This document shows, one piece after another, positions 25,318 to 32,846 of a stretch of 33,061 nt of DNA. Under the pieces are notes generated by a model. That model made no database searches. It saw nothing but the letters and a program-made list of their open reading frames with translations, and was not told the origin of the DNA. Position numbers and translations under genes: made by a program. Each line of letters begins with the position of its first letter. Position 1 is the first letter of the stretch. Source of the DNA: Nanobdellota archaeon (GTDB taxonomy: Archaea > Nanobdellota > Nanobdellia > Pacearchaeales > UBA12030); contig JAHJTU010000086.1 in assembly GCA_018829485.1 (NCBI GenBank), forward strand, positions 1 to 33,061, given 5' to 3'.

Positions 25318-26337
25318 ATGGCTGAGGAAAAGGAGTTAGAAAAAGAGCAAGTTAAAGTTAAGGAAGAAAAAGAGCAGGAAAAAGAGAAAGAAATAGAGCT
25401 TACACTTACAGACTTGCCTGGAATTGGTGAAGTTATTGCAAAGAAGCTTACTGAGGCAGGTTATGGTGATTTGATTAGTGTTGCTGCTTTATCTCCAAGA
25501 GAATTAATTTCATTAGCTGGACTTACTGAAACAGCAGCAAGAAAAGTAATTCAAGCAGCAAGAAAAGTATTGGATTTAGGATTTACTAGTGCTACAAAAT
25601 TCCTTGAAAAAAGACAAGAAGTAATTAAAATCACAACAGGAAGCAAGAATCTTAATGAATTGCTTGGTGGTGGTGTTGAAACCAAGGCAATAACAGAAGC
25701 TTTTGGTTCTTATGGTTCAGGAAAAACTCAGATTGGACATGTTTTAGCTGTATCAACACAAATGCCAATTGAAAAAGGTGGTGCTGGTGGCATGGCAGTT
25801 TATATTGATACTGAAGGAACATTTAGGCCTGAAAGAATTAAGCAAATTGCAAAATCATTAGGAGTTAAACCAGAAGATGCATTAAAGAATATTTTAGTTG
25901 CAAGAGCTTTAAGTTCAGATCATCAAATGCTTTTAGCTGAAAAAGTTGTTGATTTAATTAGGGAAGGAAATCCTATAAAATTGTTAATTGTTGATTCTCT
26001 TATTAGTTTATTCAGAGCAGAGTTTACAGGAAGAGGAACTTTAGCTGATAGACAGCAGAAATTAAACAAGCATTTGCATACTCTTCATAAAATTGCAGAT
26101 TCTTATAATTTAGCAGTTTATGTTACTAATCAGGTTATGTCAAGGCCAGATATTTTATTTGGTGATCCTACAGTTGCAATTGGAGGACATATTGTTGGAC
26201 ATGCATCAACATTCAGAATATATTTAAGAAAAGGCAAGAAAGATTCAAGAGTTGCTAAACTTATTGATTCACCTAATTTGCCTGATTCAGAATGTGTTTT
26301 CTTTATCAAAGAAGGTGGAGTTTCTGATAAGGAGTAG
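25318..26337 (+). CDS. radA: DNA repair and recombination protein RadA
   Basis: N-terminal HhH LTDLPGIGEVIAKKLTEAGY, Walker A GSYGSGKTQ, Walker B LLIVDS, and RadA/Rad51 core similarity throughout. Start at ATG 25318 (MAEEKELEK); the track start is a TTG extension across the promoter. Confidence 0.95.
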   Translation: MAEEKELEKEQVKVKEEKEQEKEKEIELTLTDLPGIGEVIAKKLTEAGYGDLISVAALSPRELISLAGLTETAARKVIQAARKVLDLGFTSATKFLEKRQEVIKITTGSKNLNELLGGGVETKAITEAFGSYGSGKTQIGHVLAVSTQMPIEKGGAGGMAVYIDTEGTFRPERIKQIAKSLGVKPEDALKNILVARALSSDHQMLLAEKVVDLIREGNPIKLLIVDSLISLFRAEFTGRGTLADRQQKLNKHLHTLHKIADSYNLAVYVTNQVMSRPDILFGDPTVAIGGHIVGHASTFRIYLRKGKKDSRVAKLIDSPNLPDSECVFFIKEGGVSDKE

Positions 26338-26344
26338 GAAGAAA

Positions 26345-26500
26345 TGCCCCTACTAGGATTCGAACCTAGATTGTGGCCTTTTTGTTATCTATAGGCGAAC
26401 GGGGATTCGAACCCCGATTACAACCTTTTTGCTACTAACCGCAAGGTCGCGTACTTTCCAATTATACTATTCGCCTTTTTGAATTTTACACTATAGGGGC
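26345..26500 (-). other. Outer tRNA-like element: 5' acceptor strand and start of a D-arm (26477-26500) plus T-arm and 3' acceptor strand (26345-26391), enclosing the tRNA below
   Basis: Minus strand reads GCCCCTA-TA-GTGTAA... at 26500 downward. At the other end it reads ...A-GGCCA-CAAT-CTAGG-TTCGAAT-CCTAG-TAGGGGC-A. The 7-bp acceptor complementarity is perfect and the T-loop is consensus. No D-arm 3' strand or anticodon arm is present. Confidence 0.45.
26392..26476 (-). tRNA. tRNA-Arg (anticodon GCG) with a 12-nt intron at the canonical 37/38 position
   Basis: Hand-folded. Acceptor AGGCGAA/TTCGCCT (7 bp). U8, D-stem GTAT/GTAC, G18G19, A21. Anticodon stem CGACC/GGTTG. Loop TTGCGG[ttagtagcaaaa]A. 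Variable loop TAAT. T-arm CGGGG-TTCGAAT-CCCCG. Discriminator A. Confidence 0.8.
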
Positions 26501-26509
26501 TTGATTTAG

Positions 26510-27037
26510 TTATCTTATTCTTCTTGCTTTTGTTTGTGTTAAATCATAGATTTTTGATGGTTTTGCTTTGAGTTTTCCTGCATTTATAATTATTGCATGC
26601 TTCTTAAATTTTTTAGGGATTTCATTAATGTTTGTTGCAAATTTCTTATTTGTTATATTTACTGAAGTTGTGATAAATGGCTTTTTTGATGCAAGTATGT
26701 ATTTAGTAAAAGGATGTTTAGGAATTCTTACTCCAATTGTATCTTTTCCATAATTAACTTCTTTACTTATTGCTTTTTTATTTTTCAGCTTTATTATAAA
26801 AGTATATTTTCCTGGAAGTTTTCTTAAATATTTTTCATGCTCTTTCCTTAGTACACAATTCTTTCTTATCCATTCTTTACTTGCAATTATTGAAAAGGGC
26901 TTCTTGCTATTTTTGAGCTTTCTTATTACTTTTACTGATTTTGAATTTGTTGCATCTGTTCCAATACCATAAATTGTATCAGTTGGGTAAATTAGGATTC
27001 TTCCTTTATTAATGGCTTTTACAATATTTTGTTTCAT
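26510..27037 (-). CDS. tsaC: L-threonylcarbamoyladenylate synthase, short YrdC/TsaC type
   Basis: ILIYPTDTIYGIGTDATNSKSVKVIRKLKNSKKPFSII is the YrdC/Sua5 N-terminal signature. At 175 aa it has no Sua5 C-terminal domain. Confidence 0.85.
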   Translation of the reverse strand: MKQNIVKAINKGRILIYPTDTIYGIGTDATNSKSVKVIRKLKNSKKPFSIIASKEWIRKNCVLRKEHEKYLRKLPGKYTFIIKLKNKKAISKEVNYGKDTIGVRIPKHPFTKYILASKKPFITTSVNITNKKFATNINEIPKKFKKHAIIINAGKLKAKPSKIYDLTQTKARRIR

Positions 27038-27105
27038 AAAAACATTTATAAGTCTTTAATTATAAAGCTTTTCTAGTTAGTTATTTTGAATGTATAAGAT
27101 TTAAA

Positions 27106-27276
27106 ATGACATCAAAAGAAAAAATGTTATGTGTATCATGTAAACAAGAACTTGGAAAGAAAGGAGTAGTATTTAAGTGTCCTAAATGCGGAAAGCAAGA
27201 TATAGCAAGATGCTTGAAATGTAAGAAGCTGGCTTCTCAATATGTATGTGAAAAGTGCAAATTTGTTGGTCCTTAA
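27106..27276 (+). CDS. Zn-ribbon protein (four CxxC pairs), the conserved archaeal neighbour of aEF-1beta
   Basis: Not in the ORF track. MTSKEKMLCVSCKQELGKKGVVFKCPKCGKQDIARCLKCKKLASQYVCEKCKFVGP*. It lies immediately upstream of aEF-1beta, as in many archaea. Confidence 0.75.
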   Translation: MTSKEKMLCVSCKQELGKKGVVFKCPKCGKQDIARCLKCKKLASQYVCEKCKFVGP

Positions 27277-27291
27277 TTATGCTTATGAAGA

Positions 27292-27558
27292 ATGTTGTTA
27301 ATACAAATTAAAATAATGCCAAAAGCTGTTGAAACAGATTTACAAGAAATAAAGGCAAAAGCTAAGAAAGTAGTTGAATCTTTTAATCAGAAAATTTTGA
27401 AAGATGAAATTCAACCAATTGCATTTGGTTTGAATGCTTTGCTTATTATATTAACATGGCCTGATAATCAAGGTCCTGATGAACTTGAAGCAAAATTAAG
27501 AAAGATAAAAAATGTTAATTCTGCTGAGATTGTTGATGTTAGAAAGGCGATTGGATAA
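27292..27558 (+). CDS. Translation elongation factor aEF-1 beta
   Basis: 88 aa. IKIMPKAVETDLQEIKAKAKKVV...IQPIAFGLNALLIIL...AEIVDVRKAIG is typical of aEF-1beta. Confidence 0.9.
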   Translation: MLLIQIKIMPKAVETDLQEIKAKAKKVVESFNQKILKDEIQPIAFGLNALLIILTWPDNQGPDELEAKLRKIKNVNSAEIVDVRKAIG

Positions 27559-27567
27559 AGATTAAAA

Positions 27568-28173
27568 ATGCAAGCACAAGAAAAATTAACAAAAGAACAA
27601 TTAGAACAAATAAAAAAATTTCAGGAATTGCCTAAAGAAAAACAACAAGAAATACTTGAACAACAATGCATATTCTGCCAAATTTCTCAAGGTAAAGTTG
27701 ATACAATAAAAGTTTTTGAAGATTTTGATATGCTTGCTGTTTTAGATATAAATCCTGCATCTAAAGGACATATTCTTATTTTTCCTAAGAAACATTATCA
27801 GTTATTTTTCCAATTACCAGATAGTATAAGGAATAAGTTATTTGAAATTGCACAGAAAATTTCAATTTATCTTGTTAATATTCTTAAATGTGAAGGAATA
27901 AATCTTTATGTAGCAAATGGAGCAGCTGCAGGACAAAGAGTTCCCCATTTTGTTTTACATGTAATTCCAAGATTTGAAAATGATGGCATAAATTTTGATT
28001 GGCAATCTCAAAAAACAGATAAGAAAGAATTAGAGAAAATTGCAAAATTATTAAGAGAAAATTTAGCAAAAGAAAAAAAGCAAAAACAAGAGAAAGCAGT
28101 TCCAAAAGAACAAATTGAAAAAGAGCAGCAAAAACTTGAGAAGGAATTAAAGAAATTTAGAAGAGTGCCATAA
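27568..28173 (+). CDS. HIT-family (histidine triad) protein with K/E/Q-rich N- and C-terminal extensions
   Basis: CIFCQISQGKV...FEDFDMLAVLDINPASKGHILIFPKKH...AAGQRVPHFVLHVIPR. The triad reads H-F-V-L-H rather than HxHxH. Confidence 0.8.
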   Translation: MQAQEKLTKEQLEQIKKFQELPKEKQQEILEQQCIFCQISQGKVDTIKVFEDFDMLAVLDINPASKGHILIFPKKHYQLFFQLPDSIRNKLFEIAQKISIYLVNILKCEGINLYVANGAAAGQRVPHFVLHVIPRFENDGINFDWQSQKTDKKELEKIAKLLRENLAKEKKQKQEKAVPKEQIEKEQQKLEKELKKFRRVP

Positions 28174-29002
28174 TTATTTCAAAAACATTTCCTAAAAGTA
28201 ATGTTATTATAAAGGCAATTAAAAATGCTGGAACAAAAGGAATTCCTTGTCTGATTAATACTTTCTTCTTTTCTTTTCTTAAAAGTGCAATATCTTTTTT
28301 ACTTAATCCATCCCAAGTTGGCTTTATTTCTTTATTACCTATTTTTACTGTTTGCGCAAGCCAATCTCCCTCTGTTAATTTGTCTGATGTAATCTCTTGA
28401 ATTAAAGCAACTTTCTCAGAAATCTTTGCAATAAGGTAAAGATAATATAAGAGTATTATCAAAAATGAAAACAAAATCCAAAACCAATTTTTTAATATAA
28501 TAGCTCCAAGAACAAAAGCAAGACAAAGAAGTAGATATGGTAATGGCACTTTTTTATTTGTTCTCTTAAATTCCTTGTAAAAAGAAGTTTTGTTTTTCCA
28601 AGTATAGATAATCAAGAAGAATAAACCATAAAATGCTCCCACAATAAGCAAATTAAGAATAAAGACAAATGCTGATGGTATTAAAGATGAAATTATTAGT
28701 TTTGGTGGTTCTGCAAAAACAATTCCTAGAACTATTAGCAATTTAGCATCTCCACCAGCAAAAATTCTTGCATAATAGAATAAATGAGCAATTACAAAAA
28801 AGATAGCAAAGTAAATTACTCCAGAAACAAAGAATGAAATATCTTTTTCAAGGAAAGAAAATATTAATCTTGTAAAGAGGGCAATTGCAATAAGTGAGAA
28901 ATTTAGCCAATCTGGAATCTCTCTTTTTTTTAAATCCCATATAGAAGCAACTACTAAGCCAATCAAAATTAGTATAATTAAAAAATTGACTATCATTATC
29001 AT
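28157..29002 (-). CDS. Type IV prepilin/preflagellin peptidase (A24 aspartic peptidase; PibD/FlaK/EppA-like)
   Basis: Polytopic. First Asp motif is IWDLKKREIPDW and second is FAGGDAKLLIVLG (GxGD type). C-terminal GIPFVPAF. Confidence 0.85.
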   Translation of the reverse strand: MIMIVNFLIILILIGLVVASIWDLKKREIPDWLNFSLIAIALFTRLIFSFLEKDISFFVSGVIYFAIFFVIAHLFYYARIFAGGDAKLLIVLGIVFAEPPKLIISSLIPSAFVFILNLLIVGAFYGLFFLIIYTWKNKTSFYKEFKRTNKKVPLPYLLLCLAFVLGAIILKNWFWILFSFLIILLYYLYLIAKISEKVALIQEITSDKLTEGDWLAQTVKIGNKEIKPTWDGLSKKDIALLRKEKKKVLIRQGIPFVPAFLIAFIITLLLGNVFEIIMALF

Positions 29003-29032
29003 ACCTCTTTTAATATAGTGTCTTTAAAAAAA

Positions 29033-29040
29033 TTTATAAA
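29033..29040 (+). promoter_or_regulatory. TATA box (TTTATAAA)
   Basis: AAAAAATTTATAAA lies exactly 21 nt upstream of the ATG at 29062. Confidence 0.4.
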
Positions 29041-29061
29041 TCTATCCTGCGTAGGCACTTT

Positions 29062-29505
29062 ATGATAAAAAGAGGGTTATTAAGTAAAGGCCAAACAACA
29101 ATTGCAGTGGCAGTTCTTATTATTGCGATGCTTGTGTTTATACTTATCTACATTCTTTCTTTGCCACAAGAAGATAGAGAAAGGCTACTTAACATGTCTT
29201 CAGAAACTTCAGAAGGATGGAATGGAAATATAGAAGAATTTACAATAGAAGTTGATGAATTTTCTTTTGATCCTGACTTTATTAAAGTAGACCAAGGAGA
29301 TAAAGTAACAATTACATTAGAAAATGATGGCAAAATTCCACATAATCTTGTAGTTGCAGAGTATAATGTGAAAACTAACACAATTGAACCAGGAAAAAAA
29401 GATACCATGAGCTTTATTGCAGATGAAAAAGGAACATTTGCATTCTACTGCTCAGTTTCAGGACACAGAAATGCTGGCGAGTTTGGTGAATTAGAAGTAG
29501 AGTAA
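29062..29505 (+). CDS. Membrane-anchored cupredoxin (blue-copper-like) domain protein
   Basis: N-terminal TM anchor. FDPDFIKVDQGDKVTITLENDGKIPHNLVV...GTFAFYCSVSGHRNAGEFGELEV fits the His...Cys-x4-His ligand pattern. The position of the usual axial Met (G-M-x-G) reads G-E-F-G. Confidence 0.75.
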   Translation: MIKRGLLSKGQTTIAVAVLIIAMLVFILIYILSLPQEDRERLLNMSSETSEGWNGNIEEFTIEVDEFSFDPDFIKVDQGDKVTITLENDGKIPHNLVVAEYNVKTNTIEPGKKDTMSFIADEKGTFAFYCSVSGHRNAGEFGELEVE

Positions 29506-29525
29506 GCTTACTTAATTTAATTAAA

Positions 29526-31013
29526 ATGCCTGAATCAACTAGTTCAAGAAGTAGTGTAAATTTTACTAATATGGGATTTCAAAATTTACAAGGAACTTTG
29601 CTTGGAAGTATTATTTCTGGCGCAATTATATTTGGTGCAATTTTCGGAATTTTATTTGGAATAACAGGATTTGCATTATTTGGTTTTGCAGGAGTTTTTG
29701 GAATTCTTGCTGGTATTGTGCTTGGAATGGCAGTAGGAGCTGGTTTGGGTTTCTTATTTACATTAACAACATCTGAGAAAACAGGACCAATAACAAAGAA
29801 ATTAATTTTAGCTGGAATATTAGCATCTTTGTTTGGTTATTTTGGATATGCCTTTCTTGGCATTTTTGGATTTTGGATAGGAATTGCTGTTGGAATGGCA
29901 CTTGGATTTTTAATGCCACCTGAAGCACTTAGCACAATTATTGCATTTTCTATTGTTGTATTTATTATTTATATTGCATTCTTATGGTGGCAGTCAGGAG
30001 CATTGGAATTATTTTTCAGTCCTTTAGGTTTTAGTTCAGAAAGAATTATGCTTGGTTTAGAAAGGGGAGTAACATGCATGACAGATCCTATTCAATGCTT
30101 TTTCAAGCCATTTTATGATTGGAGTGAACCCACTGTTGAAAACAAAGAAGAGGAAGTTTCTGTTAAAGTTGATTTTTCCACCACCCAGTCTGTTTATTTT
30201 GAAAAAGAAAAAATATCTATAAGAACAGCAATTATTGTAAATAATCCAACTGAAGATGCTTACTATACTCGCCCATTGTGTTATCTTGATGGAGAACCAT
30301 TAGATGTGGAAGAAACATCAAAAGTTCAAAATGGAATGATTTATTTTGGTAAAAGCAATGTTGAACAAAGAGCAACAGTTGTTTGTGAAAACAAAGATGG
30401 ACTTGAACTAGAAGAAGGAAAAGATGCACAAGCATTTGATTTTGAATTGCATTTAATAAGGCCAGTAAAAACAAAAACTGAATGGAATGTTTATACAATG
30501 AATGAACAAATTCTTAAAAATAAAGCTAATCCTTTTGAAGATGTGAATGAACCTAATTTAAGAAATAGGGTTGTTTTAAGCAATATGCTTTTTGATTCTC
30601 CTGTAAAAATTTCAGCTGGTAGTAATGATGATCAGCCATTTTCAGATGCTAAATCAATTCCTTTCTTTATTGCATTCCAGAAAAAAGATATTTATGGAGA
30701 AATTTTAGCAGTAGATTCTTTGAAAATAGAAAATCCAATAAGCAGTGTTGTAAGCATTTCTGATTGCGAATCTTTTACAAGAGGGAGTGATGGATATTAT
30801 TTAACAAGAGATAAATTAACCAAAATCAGCTCTTTAGCAAATGAGAGAGATATTCCTATTTTCATTAATTGTTATCTTTCAGTTAGTGGAACAAGAATGG
30901 ATAGGCAAGTTCCTGAAAAAACAGTTATTAAAGTAGAATCAGAATTTGGTTTTGAATCAGTATATAAAAAATCAATAACTGTTATATCGGAAGGACAAAA
31001 GCAAGAAATTTAA
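29526..31013 (+). CDS. Membrane protein: N-terminal glycine-zipper TM bundle and a large extracytoplasmic C-terminal domain
   Basis: About 170 aa of GxxxG-rich TM helices (GFALFGFAGVFGILAGIVLGMAVGAGLGFLF), followed by about 320 aa of soluble, beta-rich-looking sequence. Confidence 0.65.
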   Translation: MPESTSSRSSVNFTNMGFQNLQGTLLGSIISGAIIFGAIFGILFGITGFALFGFAGVFGILAGIVLGMAVGAGLGFLFTLTTSEKTGPITKKLILAGILASLFGYFGYAFLGIFGFWIGIAVGMALGFLMPPEALSTIIAFSIVVFIIYIAFLWWQSGALELFFSPLGFSSERIMLGLERGVTCMTDPIQCFFKPFYDWSEPTVENKEEEVSVKVDFSTTQSVYFEKEKISIRTAIIVNNPTEDAYYTRPLCYLDGEPLDVEETSKVQNGMIYFGKSNVEQRATVVCENKDGLELEEGKDAQAFDFELHLIRPVKTKTEWNVYTMNEQILKNKANPFEDVNEPNLRNRVVLSNMLFDSPVKISAGSNDDQPFSDAKSIPFFIAFQKKDIYGEILAVDSLKIENPISSVVSISDCESFTRGSDGYYLTRDKLTKISSLANERDIPIFINCYLSVSGTRMDRQVPEKTVIKVESEFGFESVYKKSITVISEGQKQEI

Positions 31014-31040
31014 ATATCAAAATTTAATAATAATATAAAA

Positions 31041-31913
31041 ATGAGGACAAAATACATACTATTATTTGGATTAATACTTGGATTATTAGCATTTGGACAA
31101 GCAGGATGTCAATTCGGAGGAGATAGTCAAGCACAAGTAATTGGTTTGGACTTTTCTCTAAATTCAGAAGCTCCACCAAGCATGATAGAGCCAAATACAG
31201 AGTTTCAAATTGTATCAACAATAGAAAATTATGGTGATACTGCTACTAATGGAGATTTTTGTGTTGAAGATACTATTGATGATTCATATGGTGGAATAGA
31301 TAGAAGATGTTTGCCTTTTTCAGTAAGAGCAGCATCAAAACAAGATAATAAAATTTTGCCTGGAAAACAAATTGTAGTTTTGCCTTCTGAATATAGTTCA
31401 TTTTATTATAGGGATATTCAAAGTCAACAAGCAAATATAATTGCATCTATAATATACGATTACTCAACAATAGCTTCTCCAATAATATGTGTTAAAGATC
31501 CTTTAAAACAATCTATAATTCCTTGCAGTTCATCTGAAACAGTATTAGTTGATGTTAAAGCACCACTAGATGTAACCAAAGTTGAGAAAAATATTTTTAG
31601 GGCATCAGAAGGATTAGTTAAATTAAGAGTAAAAATTTATTTGAAAAAGCAAATTAAGGGAGATATTTTACCATCAAAGTATTCAGATGATGAAATAAAT
31701 AAAGCAGAATTAATAGGTGTAAGATTTGCTAATACTGCTCTTGATTGTGATACTAAAGATGGTTATGTTGAAATTGGAGAAACCGAAACTATTTTAAGGT
31801 GTGAAGGGTATGTTAATGTTGAAGGAGTAATCAAACACCCATTAAATATATGGCTTGATTATTCAGTTCAAACAAAAAAAGTATATCCTTTGAAAATAGA
31901 AGGAATTAATTAA
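31041..31913 (+). CDS. Putative lipoprotein, paralog A (290 aa)
   Basis: Signal peptide with lipobox LLFGLILGLLAFGQAGC/Q. The mature part is beta-rich with conserved Cys pairs (APPSMIEPNTEFQIVSTIENYGD). Confidence 0.7.
   Translation: MRTKYILLFGLILGLLAFGQAGCQFGGDSQAQVIGLDFSLNSEAPPSMIEPNTEFQIVSTIENYGDTATNGDFCVEDTIDDSYGGIDRRCLPFSVRAASKQDNKILPGKQIVVLPSEYSSFYYRDIQSQQANIIASIIYDYSTIASPIICVKDPLKQSIIPCSSSETVLVDVKAPLDVTKVEKNIFRASEGLVKLRVKIYLKKQIKGDILPSKYSDDEINKAELIGVRFANTALDCDTKDGYVEIGETETILRCEGYVNVEGVIKHPLNIWLDYSVQTKKVYPLKIEGIN
31075..31112 (+). repeat. 38-nt exact repeat, copy 1 (encodes the signal peptide and lipobox)
   Basis: tacttggattattagcatttggacaagcaggatgtcaa is identical to 31958-31995. Confidence 0.9.
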
Positions 31914-31923
31914 AAAGAGGAAA

Positions 31924-32796
31924 ATGAAGACACATCAAATTTTAGCACTTGTCTTAGTACTTGGATTATTAGCATTTGGACAAGCAGGATGTCAAAAAAA
32001 TACAACAGAAGCAGGAACCCAAGGTATAGTGGTTGAGAAGATTGCAGGAGCACCACCTTTACAAGCAAGCAAGGATCAACAGTTTTCAATCATGGTTTCT
32101 ATTGAAAATAAAGGAAGTTATGATGTAAAAAAAGGAGAAGCTACAGTATTCTTAGAGGGAATTGAACCATCTTTGTTTTCACTTTCTTCAGCTGATTTAG
32201 AAAAGAAAAACACAATAGAATTAAGAGAGGCAGTTAATGCACAAGGAATTGCAGGTGGAAGAGAAAGAATTGTATTTGCAGACAAAGCAAAATATGTTGG
32301 ACAAAATGTAGATTTTAACCAACCAATAAAATATGTTAGTTGCTATGATTATGAATCAGAAGCACAGACAAATATTTGCTTTGCATTACAATCAGGAGAA
32401 ATTTGCAATATAGATGGTGATAAAATAGAAAATGCAATAATAGGAGATGCACCAGTACAAATAACTTCAATTACTGAACAGAGAAGTGGACAGAACATAC
32501 AAATGAGATTTAAAATAGAAAATGTTGGAACTGGAAGAGTTTATTCTCCAGAAGTTAATTGTAGAACTCCAGAAATCTTTTTGGAAAATTCTGTTTTAGT
32601 AAGTGTTGAAAGTGAAGAGCCATTTGATTGCAAACCAACATTAAGTGGTGCAAAATCAGGAGAAGGAAGAGTCAATAATATAATTGTTTGCTCAAGAAGC
32701 ATGAAAGACACAGCAGAACATTTGAGTCCTGTTAAAATCAGATTAAGATACAAGTACTTAGAATTAGCAGAAACAAGTATTGGTATTACAGAATAA
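31924..32796 (+). CDS. Putative lipoprotein, paralog B (290 aa)
   Basis: ALVLVLGLLAFGQAGC/Q. APPLQASKDQQFSIMVSIENKGS parallels paralog A. Same length as paralog A. Confidence 0.7.
   Translation: MKTHQILALVLVLGLLAFGQAGCQKNTTEAGTQGIVVEKIAGAPPLQASKDQQFSIMVSIENKGSYDVKKGEATVFLEGIEPSLFSLSSADLEKKNTIELREAVNAQGIAGGRERIVFADKAKYVGQNVDFNQPIKYVSCYDYESEAQTNICFALQSGEICNIDGDKIENAIIGDAPVQITSITEQRSGQNIQMRFKIENVGTGRVYSPEVNCRTPEIFLENSVLVSVESEEPFDCKPTLSGAKSGEGRVNNIIVCSRSMKDTAEHLSPVKIRLRYKYLELAETSIGITE
31958..31995 (+). repeat. 38-nt exact repeat, copy 2
   Basis: Identical to 31075-31112, whereas the rest of the two genes is strongly diverged. Confidence 0.9.
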
Positions 32797-32846
32797 ACAT
32801 GAATTAATTTACTTTGTTCTTTTTTCTTTTAATTTTCTTTTTTCTT

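Noticed and set aside
26345-26500. Calling the outer tRNA-like element a canonical second tRNA gene with the inner tRNA as its intron.
   Set aside because: After removing the inner tRNA, the remaining 71-74 nt have the right length. However, the central 37-42 nt are A-rich with no foldable D-arm or anticodon arm, so the element is reported only as tRNA-like.
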